Below are positions 27,921 to 40,679 of a DNA stretch of 64,000 bases, piece after piece; the stretch's first letter is position 1; every line of letters starts with the position of its first letter. The stretch covers positions 38,812,001 to 38,876,000 of the forward strand of contig OZ024744.1 in NCBI GenBank assembly GCA_964016885.1, read 5' to 3'. Under the pieces are notes generated by a model that saw only the letters and a list, made by a program, of their open reading frames with translations, was not told where the DNA came from and searched no databases. Source of the DNA: Eledone cirrhosa. Its lineage: Eukaryota. Made by a program: the position numbers and the translations under genes.

Positions 27921-30900
27921 TTACAGACACATACTCAGAGAAGGCCCATTCATTCGGGCCATACTTGCTTCTCTCACCCATCTTTCAACAAAATGCTGGG
28001 AAGAGAGCACTTCCCTCTCTACCCTGATTTTCCTTTTCAAATGAAATTTGAAAAAGTTAATCAGGGCATCACCGAAGAGGTAAGTGCTCGTCTTCAGCCC
28101 TTTCAAACGTGTCCACCATACTATCTCTTTCGCCATGGCCACCAGACAGATAAAAACTGCCTGCCCTTCCAGGCTAAAGGAAGGGGGCGGGGCAATCCTC
28201 ACGATGGACTCAGCTGATAGCTGGATAGGTCCTATACGTGACAGCAGGTGTTCGACATAAACCCACAAGTCAGCAATGCTCGGACACTGGACGAGTGCGT
28301 GCAGGACGGTTTCGTCGCCCTGCGCGCATCTCGGACATGCCCGGCTGACGGCACCTCCATGCCTGTAGAGTTTATCCCGAACTGGCAAAGCTCCTCGGTA
28401 GCACTGCCAGGCCAGGGATTTCTGGAAGTTGTCCATAGGCCCCGGCCCGAAAGTCCTTCCGAAGAGATTGGCTAGTTGATTTTCGTCGACGCCTAGAGTT
28501 TCTCCAAGTACGTCGTCGCTCTTCCCCTCCACTAATCCCCTATAGAACGCCAAGGTGGAGTTTCCACCGATCACATTGCCCGATTGGTCGAGGGCTGTGA
28601 GCGCCTGAAGACATTCCAGTCTCCAAGCGCTCCCTCTCGGTCTTCGCTTGACCCAGGACTGCAGCTCCGTCAAGGAGACGAGCTGGGGAAAAACGTGTCT
28701 TGCAAACGGCGACCACACCTGATCACCGTCGAGGAAGAGGTGGAGATGTCGTAGCCTGAGCGCGTGTCTGCGCATCATCAGCCACGGCATGCCCAGCCCT
28801 CCACGTAGCGGGTGTTGACAGCAGATGGACCGCCTGACCATCGGAGCGCGTCCCTTCCACAAGAAGCGAAAGAGCAAACGCTCCAGCGCAGTCAGGCGGG
28901 GCTTAGGACAAGGTACGACGGTCAGGCGGTAGTAGATGACGGATGCGATGTACGCATTCGCCACCTCCGCTCGACCTTTCAGGGATAGCTTCCTCTCGGC
29001 CCATTTCTGGGTGAGAGAAGCCACCCTGCTCGTCACCTCGTCCCAGTTTTTGTCCGTCTGGAGGTCTGGACCGAACCAGACTCCTAGCAATTTAACCGGT
29101 CCGTCCGTCCAGCGCCCGACGACGCTGTTGGACGGCATGGACCTGCCTCTCCAGGTGCCGAGCTGCAGGCCCACTGACTTTTCCTGGTTGATCATTGCTC
29201 CTGTCACCGCTTCATATTCTCTTAGTGTAGTGCCGATCGCCTCGATGTGTTTGGCGTTCGACACCACTACGGTGACATCGTCCGCATATGCTGACACGGA
29301 TCTTCCGCATCCTAGTTCGCGCGGGACCCCCCTCAACGTCTCCAGTTTGTGCAGTAATGGCTCGAGAGTCAATACGTACAATAGGGACGAGAGGGGACAT
29401 CCTTGGCGGACCGAGCGCATGATGTTGAACGGTTCCGTAAGGTGACCGTTCACTCTCACTACAGAGCAGATGTCGCTGTGCATGGCAGCGATCCAGCCTC
29501 TGAAGACGGGCCCAAAGCCAGCCGCCCTCAGGACTGCCGCTAGGTAACGATGGTCGACCCTATCGAAGGCTTTCGACTGATCTAAATTGATCAAAGACCC
29601 ACCCGTGCCAGGTTCCCTAGCTACCCTCTCTACGATGTATCGCATGAGGTGGAGGTTGTCGTGGATGGATCTGTCGGGAATGGCGCATGTCTGCGCCTCT
29701 CCCACCAGACCACCAACGACAAGCGCCAACTTCTTTGCTAGCACCTTGGCCAAAATCTTGAACTCTGTGTTTAGCAGAGTTATGGTCCTAAAATTATCTA
29801 TGTTATCCCCCTTGTTCGGATCCTTTCTCAGCAGCGCCACCGCTCCTCGGCTCACGGAGCTGGGAATTCTCCCGTTCTGTTGCCAGTTGCAGTAGACGTC
29901 CGCCAAGAGGCCTCCGAACAAGTTTGGCATTTGTACGTAAAGTTCATAGGGCAGACCATCCAAACCAGGCGATTTACCCCTTGTGCAACTAGTCATTGCA
30001 TCCCGTACTTCAGCGGTTGTTATCGGCTTTTCGCAACACTCCGCCTCAGTGGCCGAAAGCCGCGGCAGTCCGTCGAGGTAGACACTAAAGTCCATCCCTC
30101 GATCCGGCCCGCCACTGCCCCCGAACAGTTGAGCGAAGTGTCGCTGAAAAGCTTCACACATTTGCCCGGGATCGAGTAGCATGCGCCCGTCGTGGTCCAC
30201 CAAAGACCGGATCGTGGCTTTGTTGCCACGACGCGCCTCTGCCACTCGGGCCCATTGAACGGCTTTCGTCCCCTCGTGTCTGAGAGCACGCACCCTAGCT
30301 CTGACAACGCAGCCTTCGTGCTTTGCATTGAAGAATTGGTCAAGGGCCAATTTCGCCGCAAGTACGTCGGTCGCGATGCCTTTGCTAAGCGCCTCATCTA
30401 ATTTTCTAACTAATTCTCCCTCTGCTCTATTTTTCTCTATTGCTAAAGTCTTACTAAACCTAATGGGCTCTATTCTAATTGCTCTTTTCAGAGCAAACCA
30501 CCACTTGTTGTTGACGATGGCCCCCGTCAACGCCCGCTTAACTAGTTCGCTAATCCGGTGTCTGTAGGCCTTGCGCGCTGGTAAGGACGCGTTTAACTTC
30601 CAGTAGCCGGGTCCTCGTCTATGAAGCCTATCTAAGTCAAGCACACAGATCACGAATTTGTGGTCCGTGTAGCTGACTATCTTGAATTGTGGACAGCCTA
30701 TGCTAGACCTATCTATTTCCCTACAAAATACTCTATCTAGATATGATCTGGATGACCCTATGCGATTTGTCCAAGTCCACATTGGTGCATTCGGGAAATC
30801 CATTCGGTACCTGTCAGACAGTTCAAAACGTCTGAGCAGGTTGGTGAGACTCTTGCACCCTCCTTCCCTATCCACTAATCCCACACAATCCCAGCGTGCA

Positions 30901-31340
30901 TCTAAGATCCCGTTCCAGTCGCCCACTAACACTAAAGAGCGGGACGTTCCAAGAAAGGTCTCCAGACGCCGGAAGAAATCAGGCCGCCCTGCTCCTGTCG
31001 GGGCATAGACGGCCACTAACCTGAAAGCTTGCCCGTCTCCGCTGGTCACGTCCAGCACCACCAACTTACCTTCTGGGTCCAGGAAGATGGCCCGTATGGC
31101 AAGATCCAAACCTCTCCGAAAAAGCACAGCAACTCCTCCCCCCGATCCCGGACGGCTGGGAGATGCGTACACATCGTAGCCGCCGAAGATCGGTGAGAAA
31201 GCCTGTGCTTCGGAGATTCTGGTCTCGCTGATGGCCACTACATCTATGTTTAGTGACCTGAGGTCGTTGAGCAGGTGGCCCTGCTTCCATGACGATCCCA
31301 AGCCACGCGCATTTATGCTGCCTATTCTGAGTGAGGTCAT
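27921..31340 (-). CDS. ORF2, 1139 aa: APE endonuclease, reverse transcriptase, zinc motif
   Basis: Uninterrupted; NARGL, ISET, GDWN, SYLD, TDH; KAFDRV, RQGCPLS, AYADD; CPRC..ETVLHALVQC. Confidence 0.95.
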   Translation of the reverse strand: MTSLRIGSINARGLGSSWKQGHLLNDLRSLNIDVVAISETRISEAQAFSPIFGGYDVYASPSRPGSGGGVAVLFRRGLDLAIRAIFLDPEGKLVVLDVTSGDGQAFRLVAVYAPTGAGRPDFFRRLETFLGTSRSLVLVGDWNGILDARWDCVGLVDREGGCKSLTNLLRRFELSDRYRMDFPNAPMWTWTNRIGSSRSYLDRVFCREIDRSSIGCPQFKIVSYTDHKFVICVLDLDRLHRRGPGYWKLNASLPARKAYRHRISELVKRALTGAIVNNKWWFALKRAIRIEPIRFSKTLAIEKNRAEGELVRKLDEALSKGIATDVLAAKLALDQFFNAKHEGCVVRARVRALRHEGTKAVQWARVAEARRGNKATIRSLVDHDGRMLLDPGQMCEAFQRHFAQLFGGSGGPDRGMDFSVYLDGLPRLSATEAECCEKPITTAEVRDAMTSCTRGKSPGLDGLPYELYVQMPNLFGGLLADVYCNWQQNGRIPSSVSRGAVALLRKDPNKGDNIDNFRTITLLNTEFKILAKVLAKKLALVVGGLVGEAQTCAIPDRSIHDNLHLMRYIVERVAREPGTGGSLINLDQSKAFDRVDHRYLAAVLRAAGFGPVFRGWIAAMHSDICSVVRVNGHLTEPFNIMRSVRQGCPLSSLLYVLTLEPLLHKLETLRGVPRELGCGRSVSAYADDVTVVVSNAKHIEAIGTTLREYEAVTGAMINQEKSVGLQLGTWRGRSMPSNSVVGRWTDGPVKLLGVWFGPDLQTDKNWDEVTSRVASLTQKWAERKLSLKGRAEVANAYIASVIYYRLTVVPCPKPRLTALERLLFRFLWKGRAPMVRRSICCQHPLRGGLGMPWLMMRRHALRLRHLHLFLDGDQVWSPFARHVFPQLVSLTELQSWVKRRPRGSAWRLECLQALTALDQSGNVIGGNSTLAFYRGLVEGKSDDVLGETLGVDENQLANLFGRTFGPGPMDNFQKSLAWQCYRGALPVRDKLYRHGGAVSRACPRCAQGDETVLHALVQCPSIADLWVYVEHLLSRIGPIQLSAESIVRIAPPPSFSLEGQAVFICLVAMAKEIVWWTRLKGLKTSTYLFGDALINFFKFHLKRKIRVEREVLSSQHFVERWVREASMARMNGPSLSMCL

Positions 31341-31374
31341 GTTGAAAAGGAGTGGAAAAGATGGGAAAGACCAC

Positions 31375-33356
31375 TTACCTTACTTCTCGTAGGGGAAGGA
31401 CGGCTTTTCCATCCTTTTCACTGCTTGTGGCCTCCTCAGGAAGGATGTCCTTATAAATCCTCCTGGAGAGTGCTTGTCGGAAGTCTCCGATGTCTTTGGG
31501 GAATTTTTGTTTTAGTGTCATGTACGTTTTCTGTGTGATGCGAGTGATTTGTATGTGTGGAGGTGGTGTGAATTTTGGGGTTGTTGTGTAGTCTTTTTCT
31601 GTGATGCTGGTGTTGTGTTGGATGTAGTGTAATAATTGCTTGTTGTTCAAATTTAATGCTGTGTAGTGTGTATCGTTTTGGTTGTTTTGTTTTGTTTGCG
31701 TTTGTTGTGGGTTTGTTTCTGTTTCGCATTTTGGTGACTTTTGTGGTGTAGGTGATGGTGGTGCTGGGAATAATGATGGTGATGGTGTTGGTGTTTGGGT
31801 TGATGGGGTTGGTGATGCTGGTGTGGATGGTGGCATATCTGTCCTAACTTTTTTGTTTCTTAGTTTATTTGTTTCCCTCTGTATTTTGTTTTTAGAGGGG
31901 GAAGGAAGAGAATTTTTTCTTTTTTGGTTTCTTTTTTTTTTCCGGATATCGTTTCCCACTCCTCGTCGTCACAATCTGTCTCCAGTTGTGATAGGCCGGG
32001 GAGTGGAAAATCCTCCACAGCCGTTAGTTTTGGTTGTGGTGTGGTGGATGGTGTAGGCGCTGGTGCTAGTTCTGAAGCGTTGGGTGGTGGTGGTGTTAGT
32101 TTTATTGGTGGTGGTAGTGGTGTTTGTTTTGCTACTGTTGCTGGGGTTGTTGCTGTTATAGTTGCTTCTGTTGTTGCTACCACAGTTGTTGCTACCATCT
32201 CTGCTACTGGTGGTGTTGATGGTTGTGTCACTGGGGTGGGTAGGAGAGGTGGCCTCAACCTTTTAGCCTGAGGGCAGAAAGCCCTTAGGTGGGTTCCTTC
32301 ACCACAAACGACACACCTAGGTCTTCTGCCCTCGACAATTACCGTGAGGTGGCTGCCGTCAGTGAGGTCTATTACCTCTGGGATCTCCTCAATGCTTTTT
32401 TGGTCCGCTTGGATCAGGAGCTCCATCCCAGATCCGGACCAGTTTTCCTGCTTTTCTTTTGCTACTGCTATTATTTTCGTGTTGGCTTCGATGCCGGCGA
32501 GGACAGCCGCTATTAGCCAGGGAATTTCGATGGCCGGTGGAACGTGGGTCACCCTGATCTTTACGAGTCTCTGGCCACAATAGCTTGGGACGAGTGTGAG
32601 GTCGTCACTTTTTAATGGGGCCATGGAGTGTTCTCTAGCCTCCTCTGGTGTTTCAAAGAACACATCCACGGTTCCATACTTTTGCCCACGTCTGATGTGG
32701 GTTTTTCTTGCCCACACATGTCCCAAAGCTTTTTGGATTTGGGACTCGGATGCCCGTTCCACTCGGCGCGATTTTACATTTATTGTTCTATACGACACGG
32801 TGCACAGGCGCCGATGCTCCATTTTATTAGGTGGGGGGGTGAGGCTGACCCTGTACCCATCTTTCTTTACCATTTGTTTGGCATTTTCTAAATCTTCTTG
32901 AGTTACCGTGAACGCTTCGAATTGTTTTGCTACGATGGCGAAACTGAGGGTCGGTTTTATAATGTCATTGTTGTTGTTGTTGCTATCGTTAATATTAATT
33001 TTAGTTTCAGTTGTGGTGGTGACGTCAGTCGTCTTTGGTGGGGAAGAGTCCATTTTGCTTGATTTCATTTCGACATCACGAGTTAATTTATTTGTTTCTT
33101 CTTTTGTTTCTGTTGTCGCGGTGGTGGTGGTGGTGGTGGTTGTCGCGGTGGTGGTGGTGGTGGAGGCTTTAACACCTGCAGTCATTGGTAATGGCGGGAA
33201 ATGAATGTCTGCCTGAGACAAATTTAAAATATTGCTACTGCTTATATTTTTTTTTGTGTTGGCAAACGTAGTAACATTTACAATGGTGGTGTCGGTGTGA
33301 GGTGTTATTTTGTGAGGAAGGCTTTCAGCTGCTTCGTGCAGAGGTGAAGTAGCCAT
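31375..33356 (-). CDS. ORF1 (gag-like, CCHC) with one frameshift in an A-run near 31935
   Basis: 498-aa frame with CVVCGEGTHLRAFC; continues in the overlapping 194-aa frame ending 34 nt before the ORF2 ATG. Confidence 0.8.
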
Positions 33357-33566
33357 TTTTTTTCAAAGAAATTTTTTTGATAATAATAAAAGTTAAAATT
33401 TTGGGCACAAGGCCCCAATCTTTTTAGGTGTCCTTTTCGGAAAACAATGTATGTGTGCTTATAAACAGTTAACAATAAAATTTTCCATAAATGGCAATTT
33501 TTAAACAAACAGAAATAACAAACCTTTGCGGAGCTCACGATAATACGATTTCCTACGTAGGTCGCC

Positions 33567-33629
<63 letters not shown>

Positions 33630-34128
33630 CTGAGAAATGGTATGAGCATAAGCCAGAGGCGGTGATGGAGAACGATCAGGTGAAGGTGCTGTGGGATTTT
33701 AGGATACAGACGGACAAAAAACTGGAACACAATAGACCTGACCTGGTGGTTGTGGACAAAAAAAAAAGATCGTGTCTGATTGTGGATGTGGCCTGCCCGT
33801 TCGACACGAGAGTGCAAGAGAAGGAGAGGGAGAAAATTAACCGATACCAGGACTTAAAGTGGGAGGTAAAAAGGATTTGTAACTGCCATGAAGTCAAAGT
33901 GATCCCGATTGTCATAGGCGCACTAGGGACTATCTCCAAAAGTTTCCAGGGATGGTTAAAGAAAATCGGCTCCTTCACGCTTTTTGGAACGCTTCAAAAG
34001 GCATGCTTGCTGGGAACAGCAAGAACCCTCCGATACGTCCTGAATATGTGAGGTTGCAGGTAGTGGCTTGATATTCATTCCAACGGACTTTCCAGTTAAC
34101 TAACATCAATGACTGAGATTCAAGGAAA
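33630..34128 (+). mobile_element. 5'-truncated R4/Dong-like RLE LINE (copy 2)
   Basis: Matches 27127-27622 with about 15 substitutions by eye; (AAT)n at 33567-33629 and 34129-34149. Confidence 0.9.
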
Positions 34129-34149
34129 AATAATAATAATAGTAATAAT

Positions 34150-37100
34150 GCTTTCTTTATTAACCACAAGGCTTTACACAAAGTAGACATTAAAGACAGT
34201 ACAGAACAATACAAGACGGTACAAAAGGGCATTTCTACGTGTAAAAAAAACAAAAAACAGAGGATGTAATAATAGAACAATGAAAAAATTCCCCAATAGG
34301 GGGGAGACTTCCGAGGGACATTCGTGGAGAAAGCCCATTAAAAAACCACAGTGACCCTGACCACCAGGGCAAGTGCCCTCTCCCAGTTTTCCACCTTTAA
34401 TTTACAGACACATACTCAGAGTAGGCCCATACACTCGGGCCATTCTTGCCTCTCTCACCCATCTTTCAACAAAATGCTGGGAAGAGAGCACTTCCCTCTC
34501 TACCCTGATTTTCCTTTTCAAATGAAATTTGAAAAAGTTAATCAGGGCATCACCGAAAAGGTAAGTGCTCGTCTTCAGCCCTTTCAAACGTGTCCACCAT
34601 ACTATCTCTTTCGCCATGGCCACCAGACAGATAAAAACTTCCTGCCATTCCCGGCTAAAGGAAGAGGGCGGGGAAATCCTCACGATGGACTCAGCTGATA
34701 GCCGGATCCGTCCTACACGCGACAGCAGGTGTTCGACATAAACCCACAAGTCAGCAATTCTCGGACATTGGACGAGTGCGTGCAGGACGGTTTCGTCGCC
34801 TGCGCGCATCTCGGACATGCCCGGCTGACGGCACCTCCATGCCTGTAGAGTTTATCCCGAACAGGCAAAGCTCCTCGGTAGCACTGCCAGGCCAGGGATT
34901 TCTGGAAGTTGTCCATAGACCCCGGCCCGAAAATTCTTCCGAAGAGATTGGCTAGTTGATTTTCGCCAACGCCTAGAATTTCCCCAAGTACGTCGTCGCT
35001 CTTCCCCTCCACTAATCCTCTATAGAACGCCAAGGTGGAGTTTCCACCGATCACATTGCCCGATTGGTCGAGGGCTGTGAGCGCCTGAAGACATTCCAGT
35101 CTCCAAGCGCTCCCTCTCGGTCTTCGCTTCACCCAGGACTGCAGCTCGGTCAAGGAGATGAGCTGGGGAAAGACGTGTCTAGCAAACGGCGACCACACCT
35201 GATTACCGTCGAGGAAGAGGTGGAGATGTCGTAGCCTGAGCGCGTGTCTGCGTATCATCAGCCACGGCATGCCCAGCCCTCCACGTAGCGGGTGTTGACA
35301 GCAGATGGACCGCCTGACCATCGGAGCGCGTCCCTTCCACAAAAAGCGAAAGAACAAACGCTCCAGCGCAGTCAGGCGAGGCTTAGGACAAGGTACGACG
35401 GTTAGGCGGTAGCAGATGACGGACGCGATGTACGCGTTAGCCACCTCCGCTCGACCTTTCAGGGATAGCTTCCTCTCCGCCCGTTTCTGGGTGAGAGAAG
35501 CCACCCTGCTCGTCACCTCGTCTCAGTTTTTGTCCGTCTGGAGGTCCGGACCGAACCAGACCCCTAGCAATTTAACCGGTCCGTCCGTCCAGCGTCCGAC
35601 GATGCTGTTGGACGGCATGGACCTGCCTCTCCAGGTGCCGAGCTGCAGGCCCACTGACTTTTCCTGGTTGATCATTGCTCCTGTCACCGCTTCGTATTCT
35701 CTTAGTGTAGTGCCGATCGCCTCGATGTGTTTGGCGTTCGACACCACTACGGTGACATCGTCCGCATATGCTGACACGGATCTTCCGCATCCTAGTTCGC
35801 GCGGGACCCCCTCAACGTCTCCAGTTTGTGCAGTAATATTTCGAGAGCCAATACGTACAAGAGGGTCGAGAGGGGACATCCTTGGCGGACCGAGCGCATG
35901 ATGTTGAACGGTTCCGAAAGGTGACCGTTCACTCTCACCACAGAGCAGATGTCGCTGTGCATGGCAGCGATCCAGCCTCTGAAGACGCGCCCAAAGCCAG
36001 CCGCCCTCAGGACTGCCGCTAGGTAACGATGGTCGATCCTATCGAAAGCTTTCGACTGATCTAAATTGATCAAGGACCCACCCGTGCTAGGTTCCCTAGC
36101 TACCCTCTCTACGATGTATCGCATGAGGTGGAGGTTGTCGTGGATGGATCTGTCTGGAATGGCGCATGTCTGCGCCTCTCCCACCAGACCACCAACGACT
36201 AGCGCCAACCTCTTTGCTAGCACCTTGGCCTAAATCTTGAACTCTGTGTTTAGCAGAGTTATGGTCCTAAAATTATCTATGTTATCCCCCTTGTTCGGAT
36301 CCTTTCTCAGCAGCGCCACAGATCCTCGGCTCACATAGCTGGGAATTCTCCCGTTCTGTTGCCAGTTGCAGTAGACGTCCGCCAAGAGGCTTCCGAACAA
36401 GTTTGGCATTTGTACGTAAACTTCATAGGGCAGACCATCTAAACCAGGCGATTTACCCCTTGTGCAGTCAGTCATTGCATCCCGTACTTCAGCGGTTGTT
36501 ATCGGCTTTTCGCAACACTCCGCCTCAGTGGCCGAGAGCCGCGGCAGTCCGTCGAGGTAGACACTAAAGTCCATGCCTCGATCCGGCCCGCCGCTGCCCC
36601 CGAACAGCTGTGCGAAGTGTCGCTGAAAAGCTTCACACATTTGCCCGGGATCGAGTAGCATGCGCCCGTCGTGGTCCACCAAAGACCGAATCGTGGCTTT
36701 GTTGCCACGACGCGCCTCTGCCACTCGGGCCCATTGAACGGCTTTCGTCCCCTGGTGTCTGAGAGCACGCACCCTAGCTCTGACAACGCAGCCTTCGTGC
36801 TTTGAATTTAAGAATTGGTCAAGGGCCAATTTCACCACAAGCACGTCGGTCGCGATGCCTTTGCTAAGCTCCTCGTCTAATTTTCTAACTAATTCTCCCT
36901 TTGCTCTATTTTTCTCTATTGCTAAAGCCTTACTAAACCTAATGGACTTTATTCTAATTGCTCTTTTCAGAGCAAACCACCACTTGTTGTTGACGATGGC
37001 CCCCGTCAACGCCCGCTTAACTTGTTCGCTAGTCCGGTCTCTGTAGTCCTTGCGCGCTGGTAAGGACGCGTTTAGCTTCCAGTAGCCGGGTCCTCGTCTA

Positions 37101-40020
37101 TGAAGCCTATCTAAGTCAAGCACACAGATCACGAATTTGTGGTCCGTGTAGCTGACTATCTTGAATTGTGGACAGCCTATGCTAGACCTATCTATTTCCC
37201 TACAAAATACTCTATCTAGATATGATCTGGATGACCCTATGCTATTTGTCCAAGTCCACATTGGCACATTCGGGAAATCCAATCGGTACCTGTCAGACAG
37301 TTCAAAACGCCTGAGCAGGTTGGTGAGGCTATTGCACCCTCCTCCCCTATCCGCTAATCCCACACAGTCCCAGCATGCATCTAAGATCCCGTTCCAGTCG
37401 CCCACTAACACTAAAGAGCGGGAAGTTCCAAGAAAGGTCTCCAGACGCCGGAAGAAATCAGGCCGCCCTGCTCCTGTCGGGGCATAGACGGCCACTAGCC
37501 TGAAAGCTTGCCTTTCTCCGCTGGTCACGTCTAGCACCACCAACTTACCTTCTGGGTCCAGGAAGATGGCCCGTAAGGCGAGATCCAAACCTCTCCGAAA
37601 AAGCACAGCAACTCCTCCCCCGATCCCGGACGGCTGAGAGATGCGTACACATCGAAGCCGCCGAACATAGGTGCGAAGGCCCGTGCTTCGGAGATTCTGG
37701 ACTCGCTGTTGGCCACTACATCTATGTTTAGTGACCTGAGGTCGTTGAGCAGGTGGCTCTGCTTCAACGACGACCCCAAGCCACGCGCATTTATGCTGCC
37801 TATTCTGACTGAGGTCATGTTGAAATGGAGTGGAAAAGATGGGAAAGACCACTTACCTTACTTCTCGTAGAGGAAGGATGGTTTGTCCATCCTTTTCACT
37901 GCTTGTGGCCTCCTCAGGACGGATGTCCTTATAAATCCCCCTGGAGAGTGTTTGTTGGAAGTCTCCGATGTCTTTGGGGATTTTTGTTTTAGTGTCGTGT
38001 ACGTTTTCTGTGTGATGCGAGTGAATTGTATGTGTGGAGGTGGTGTGAACTTTTGGGTTGTTGTGTAGTCTTTTTCTGTGATGCTGGTGTTGTGTTGCAT
38101 GTAGTGTAACAATTGGTTGTTGTTCAAATTTAATGCTGTGTAGTGTGTATCGTTTTGGTTGTTTTGTTTTCTTTGCGCTTGCTGTGGGTTTGTTTCTGTT
38201 ACGTTTTTTGGTGACTTTTGTGGTGTTGGTGATGGTGGTGTTGGGGTTAATGATGGTGATGGTGTTGGTGTTTGTGGTGATGGGGTTGGTGATGCTGGTG
38301 TGGATGGTGGCATATCTGTCCTAAGTTTTTTGTTTGATAATTTATTTGTTTCACTCTGTGTTTTGTTTTTGGAGGGCGAAGGAAGAGAATTTTTTTCTTT
38401 TTTGGTTTCTTTCTTTCTTTTTTCCTGATACCGTTTCCCACTCCTCGTCGTCACAATCTGTCTCCAGTTGCGATAAGCCAATGAGTGGAAAATCCTCCAC
38501 AGGCGTTGGTTTTGGTTGTGGCGTGGTGGATGGTGTAGGCGCTGGTGCTAGTTCTGGCGTGTTGGGTGGTGGTGGTGTTGGTTTTGCTACTGTTGCTGGG
38601 GGTGTTGCTGTTACAGTTGCTCATGTTGTTGCTGCTACAGTTGTTGCTGCCATTTCTGCTGCTGGTGGTGTTGATGGTTGAGTCACTGGGGTGGGTAAGA
38701 GAGGTGGCCTCAACCTTTTAGCCTGAGGGCAAAAAGCCCTTAGGTGAGTTCCTTCACCCCAAACGACACACCTAGGTCTTCTGCCCTCGGCGATTACGGT
38801 GAGGTGGCTGCCGTCAGTGAGGTCTATTACCTCTGGGATCTCCTCAATGCTTTTATGGTCCGCTTGAATCAGGAGCTCCATCCCAGATCCGGACCAGTTC
38901 TCCTGCTTTTCTTTCGCTATTTCAATTATCTTGGTGTTGGCCTCGATGCCGGCGAGGACAGCAGCCATTAACCAGGGAATTTCGATGGCCGGTGGAACGT
39001 GGGTCACCCTGATCTTCACAAGTCTCTGGCCACAATAGTTTGGGACGAGTGTGAAGTCGTCACTTCTTAATGGGGCCATGGAGTGTTCTCTGACTTCCTG
39101 TGGTGTTTCAAAGAACACGTCCACTGTTCCATACTTCTGCCCACGTCTGATGTGGGGGTTTTTTGCCCACACATGTCCCAAAGCTTTTTGGATTTGGGAC
39201 TCGGATGCCCGTTCCAGTCGGCGCGATTTTATGTTAATTGTCCGATAAGACACGGTGCATAGGCGACGTTGCTCCATTTTATTAGGTGGGGAGGGTGAGC
39301 CTGACCCTGTACCCATCTTTCTTTACCATTCCTTTGGCTTCTTCTAATTCCTCCTGAGTTACCTGGATCGCTTCGCACGTCTTTGCTACTCTGGCAAAAC
39401 TCAGCGTAGTTTTCTTATTGTCATTGTTGCTGTTGTTGCTATCGTTATTTTTGCTATTGTTAATTTTAGTTTCAGTTGTGCTGGTGATGGCGTCAGTGAT
39501 GTTCGGTGTGGAAGAGTTCATTTTGGTTGAATTCATTTCGATATCACGAGTTAATTTATTTTTTCCTTTTGTTTCTGTTGTCGCTGTGGTGGTGATGGGG
39601 GTGGTGGTTGTCGCGGTGCTGGTGGTGGTGGCGCCTTTAACACCTGCAGTCATTGGTAATGGCGGGAAATGAACGTCTGCCTGAGACAAATTTAAAATAT
39701 TGCTACTGCTTACATTTCCAGTGTTGGCAAACGTAGCAATATTTACAATGGTGGTGTCGGTGTGAGCTGTTAGATTGTGAGGTAGGAGTGACTCTGAGTC
39801 ATCCATGATTTTTCAAAGAAAAATTTTTGTTTGATAATTATAAAAAGTTTCAATTTTGGGCTCAAGGCCCTAATATTTTTGAGTGTCCTTTTCAGAAATC
39901 AATGTATGTGCACTTATATACAGTTAACAATAAAATTTTCCATAAATGGCAATTTTAAACAACTGAAAATAACAAACCTTTGCGGAGCTCACGATGATAC
40001 GATTTACTACGTAGGTCGCC
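34150..40020 (-). mobile_element. Full-length degenerate Tx1/L1-clade LINE, copy B, in (AAT)n
   Basis: Colinear with copy A, same 5' start nucleotide, several stops and frameshifts; (AAT)n at 40021-40047. Confidence 0.95.
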
Positions 40021-40059
40021 AATAATAATAATAATAATAATAATAATATGAAACTAATC

Positions 40060-40320
40060 AAGTCTAAAGTCTGTCAAAAGCCCGGAGGCTCATCTAGCCG
40101 GAGCTTATTCCGGTTTCCGGGGAGTCAAACGACTGAGAATACAAGACTCTCCATTGCAGAGTTAAGTTCGCAGCTGTTGGTGGAACTCATTTTCAGCTGA
40201 ATATACTAGAGTAACGTGAAATGAAGTGTTTTGCTCAAGAAGATAACTCACAACCCAATCCAGGAATCGAACCCATGACATTTTGATCGTAAATCCAACA
40301 CCCTTACCACTAAGCCACTG
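40060..40320 (-). mobile_element. tRNA-headed CORE-like SINE (relatives at about 17835-18090 + and 18280-18400 -)
   Basis: Reverse complement: gtggcttagtggtaag (A box), ggttcgattcc (B box), ttgagcaaaacacttcatttcacgttactctag (CORE-like). Confidence 0.7.
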
Positions 40321-40679
40321 AGAATCTAATGCATTTTAGCCTAGCTGGGTTGATATTCATATTTATTTACATCTTCAAACGGTTGGCAAACTTATGTTAT
40401 TTTAATTTAATGTTATTACCTTATGTTGTCATTTTGGGGTATGCAGTAATTGAGTGAACTACCAGTAAATATAATTTGGCCTAGATTAAGTAAAACAATG
40501 ATGCTGTGATGTGTGTTTCGATGTGTATACCGTGGAAAAAAAAATTTAGTCACTGTTGCATTTCTTATCAGAATGATAGATACCTCAGCACACAAATATT
40601 AATCTGTCCGTGAAAAACTGGGTCGACTTTCACACGAGATCGACTTTACTATGACTACACATTCACGCGCGCATATATT

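Larger units (their letters stand above)
27677..33566 (-). mobile_element. Full-length Tx1/L1-clade LINE, copy A, in (AAT)n
   Basis: 5' UTR begins ggcgacctacgtag; ORF1 and intact ORF2; (AAT)n on both sides. Confidence 0.95.

Noticed and set aside
31860-31959. Programmed ribosomal frameshift in Tx1 ORF1
   Set aside because: Copies A and B break in different A-runs and in opposite directions; homopolymer indels (decay or assembly error) are simpler.
28936-33204. Antisense ORFs over the Tx1 elements
   Set aside because: Shadow frames of GC-rich or low-complexity coding sequence; no recognisable domains.
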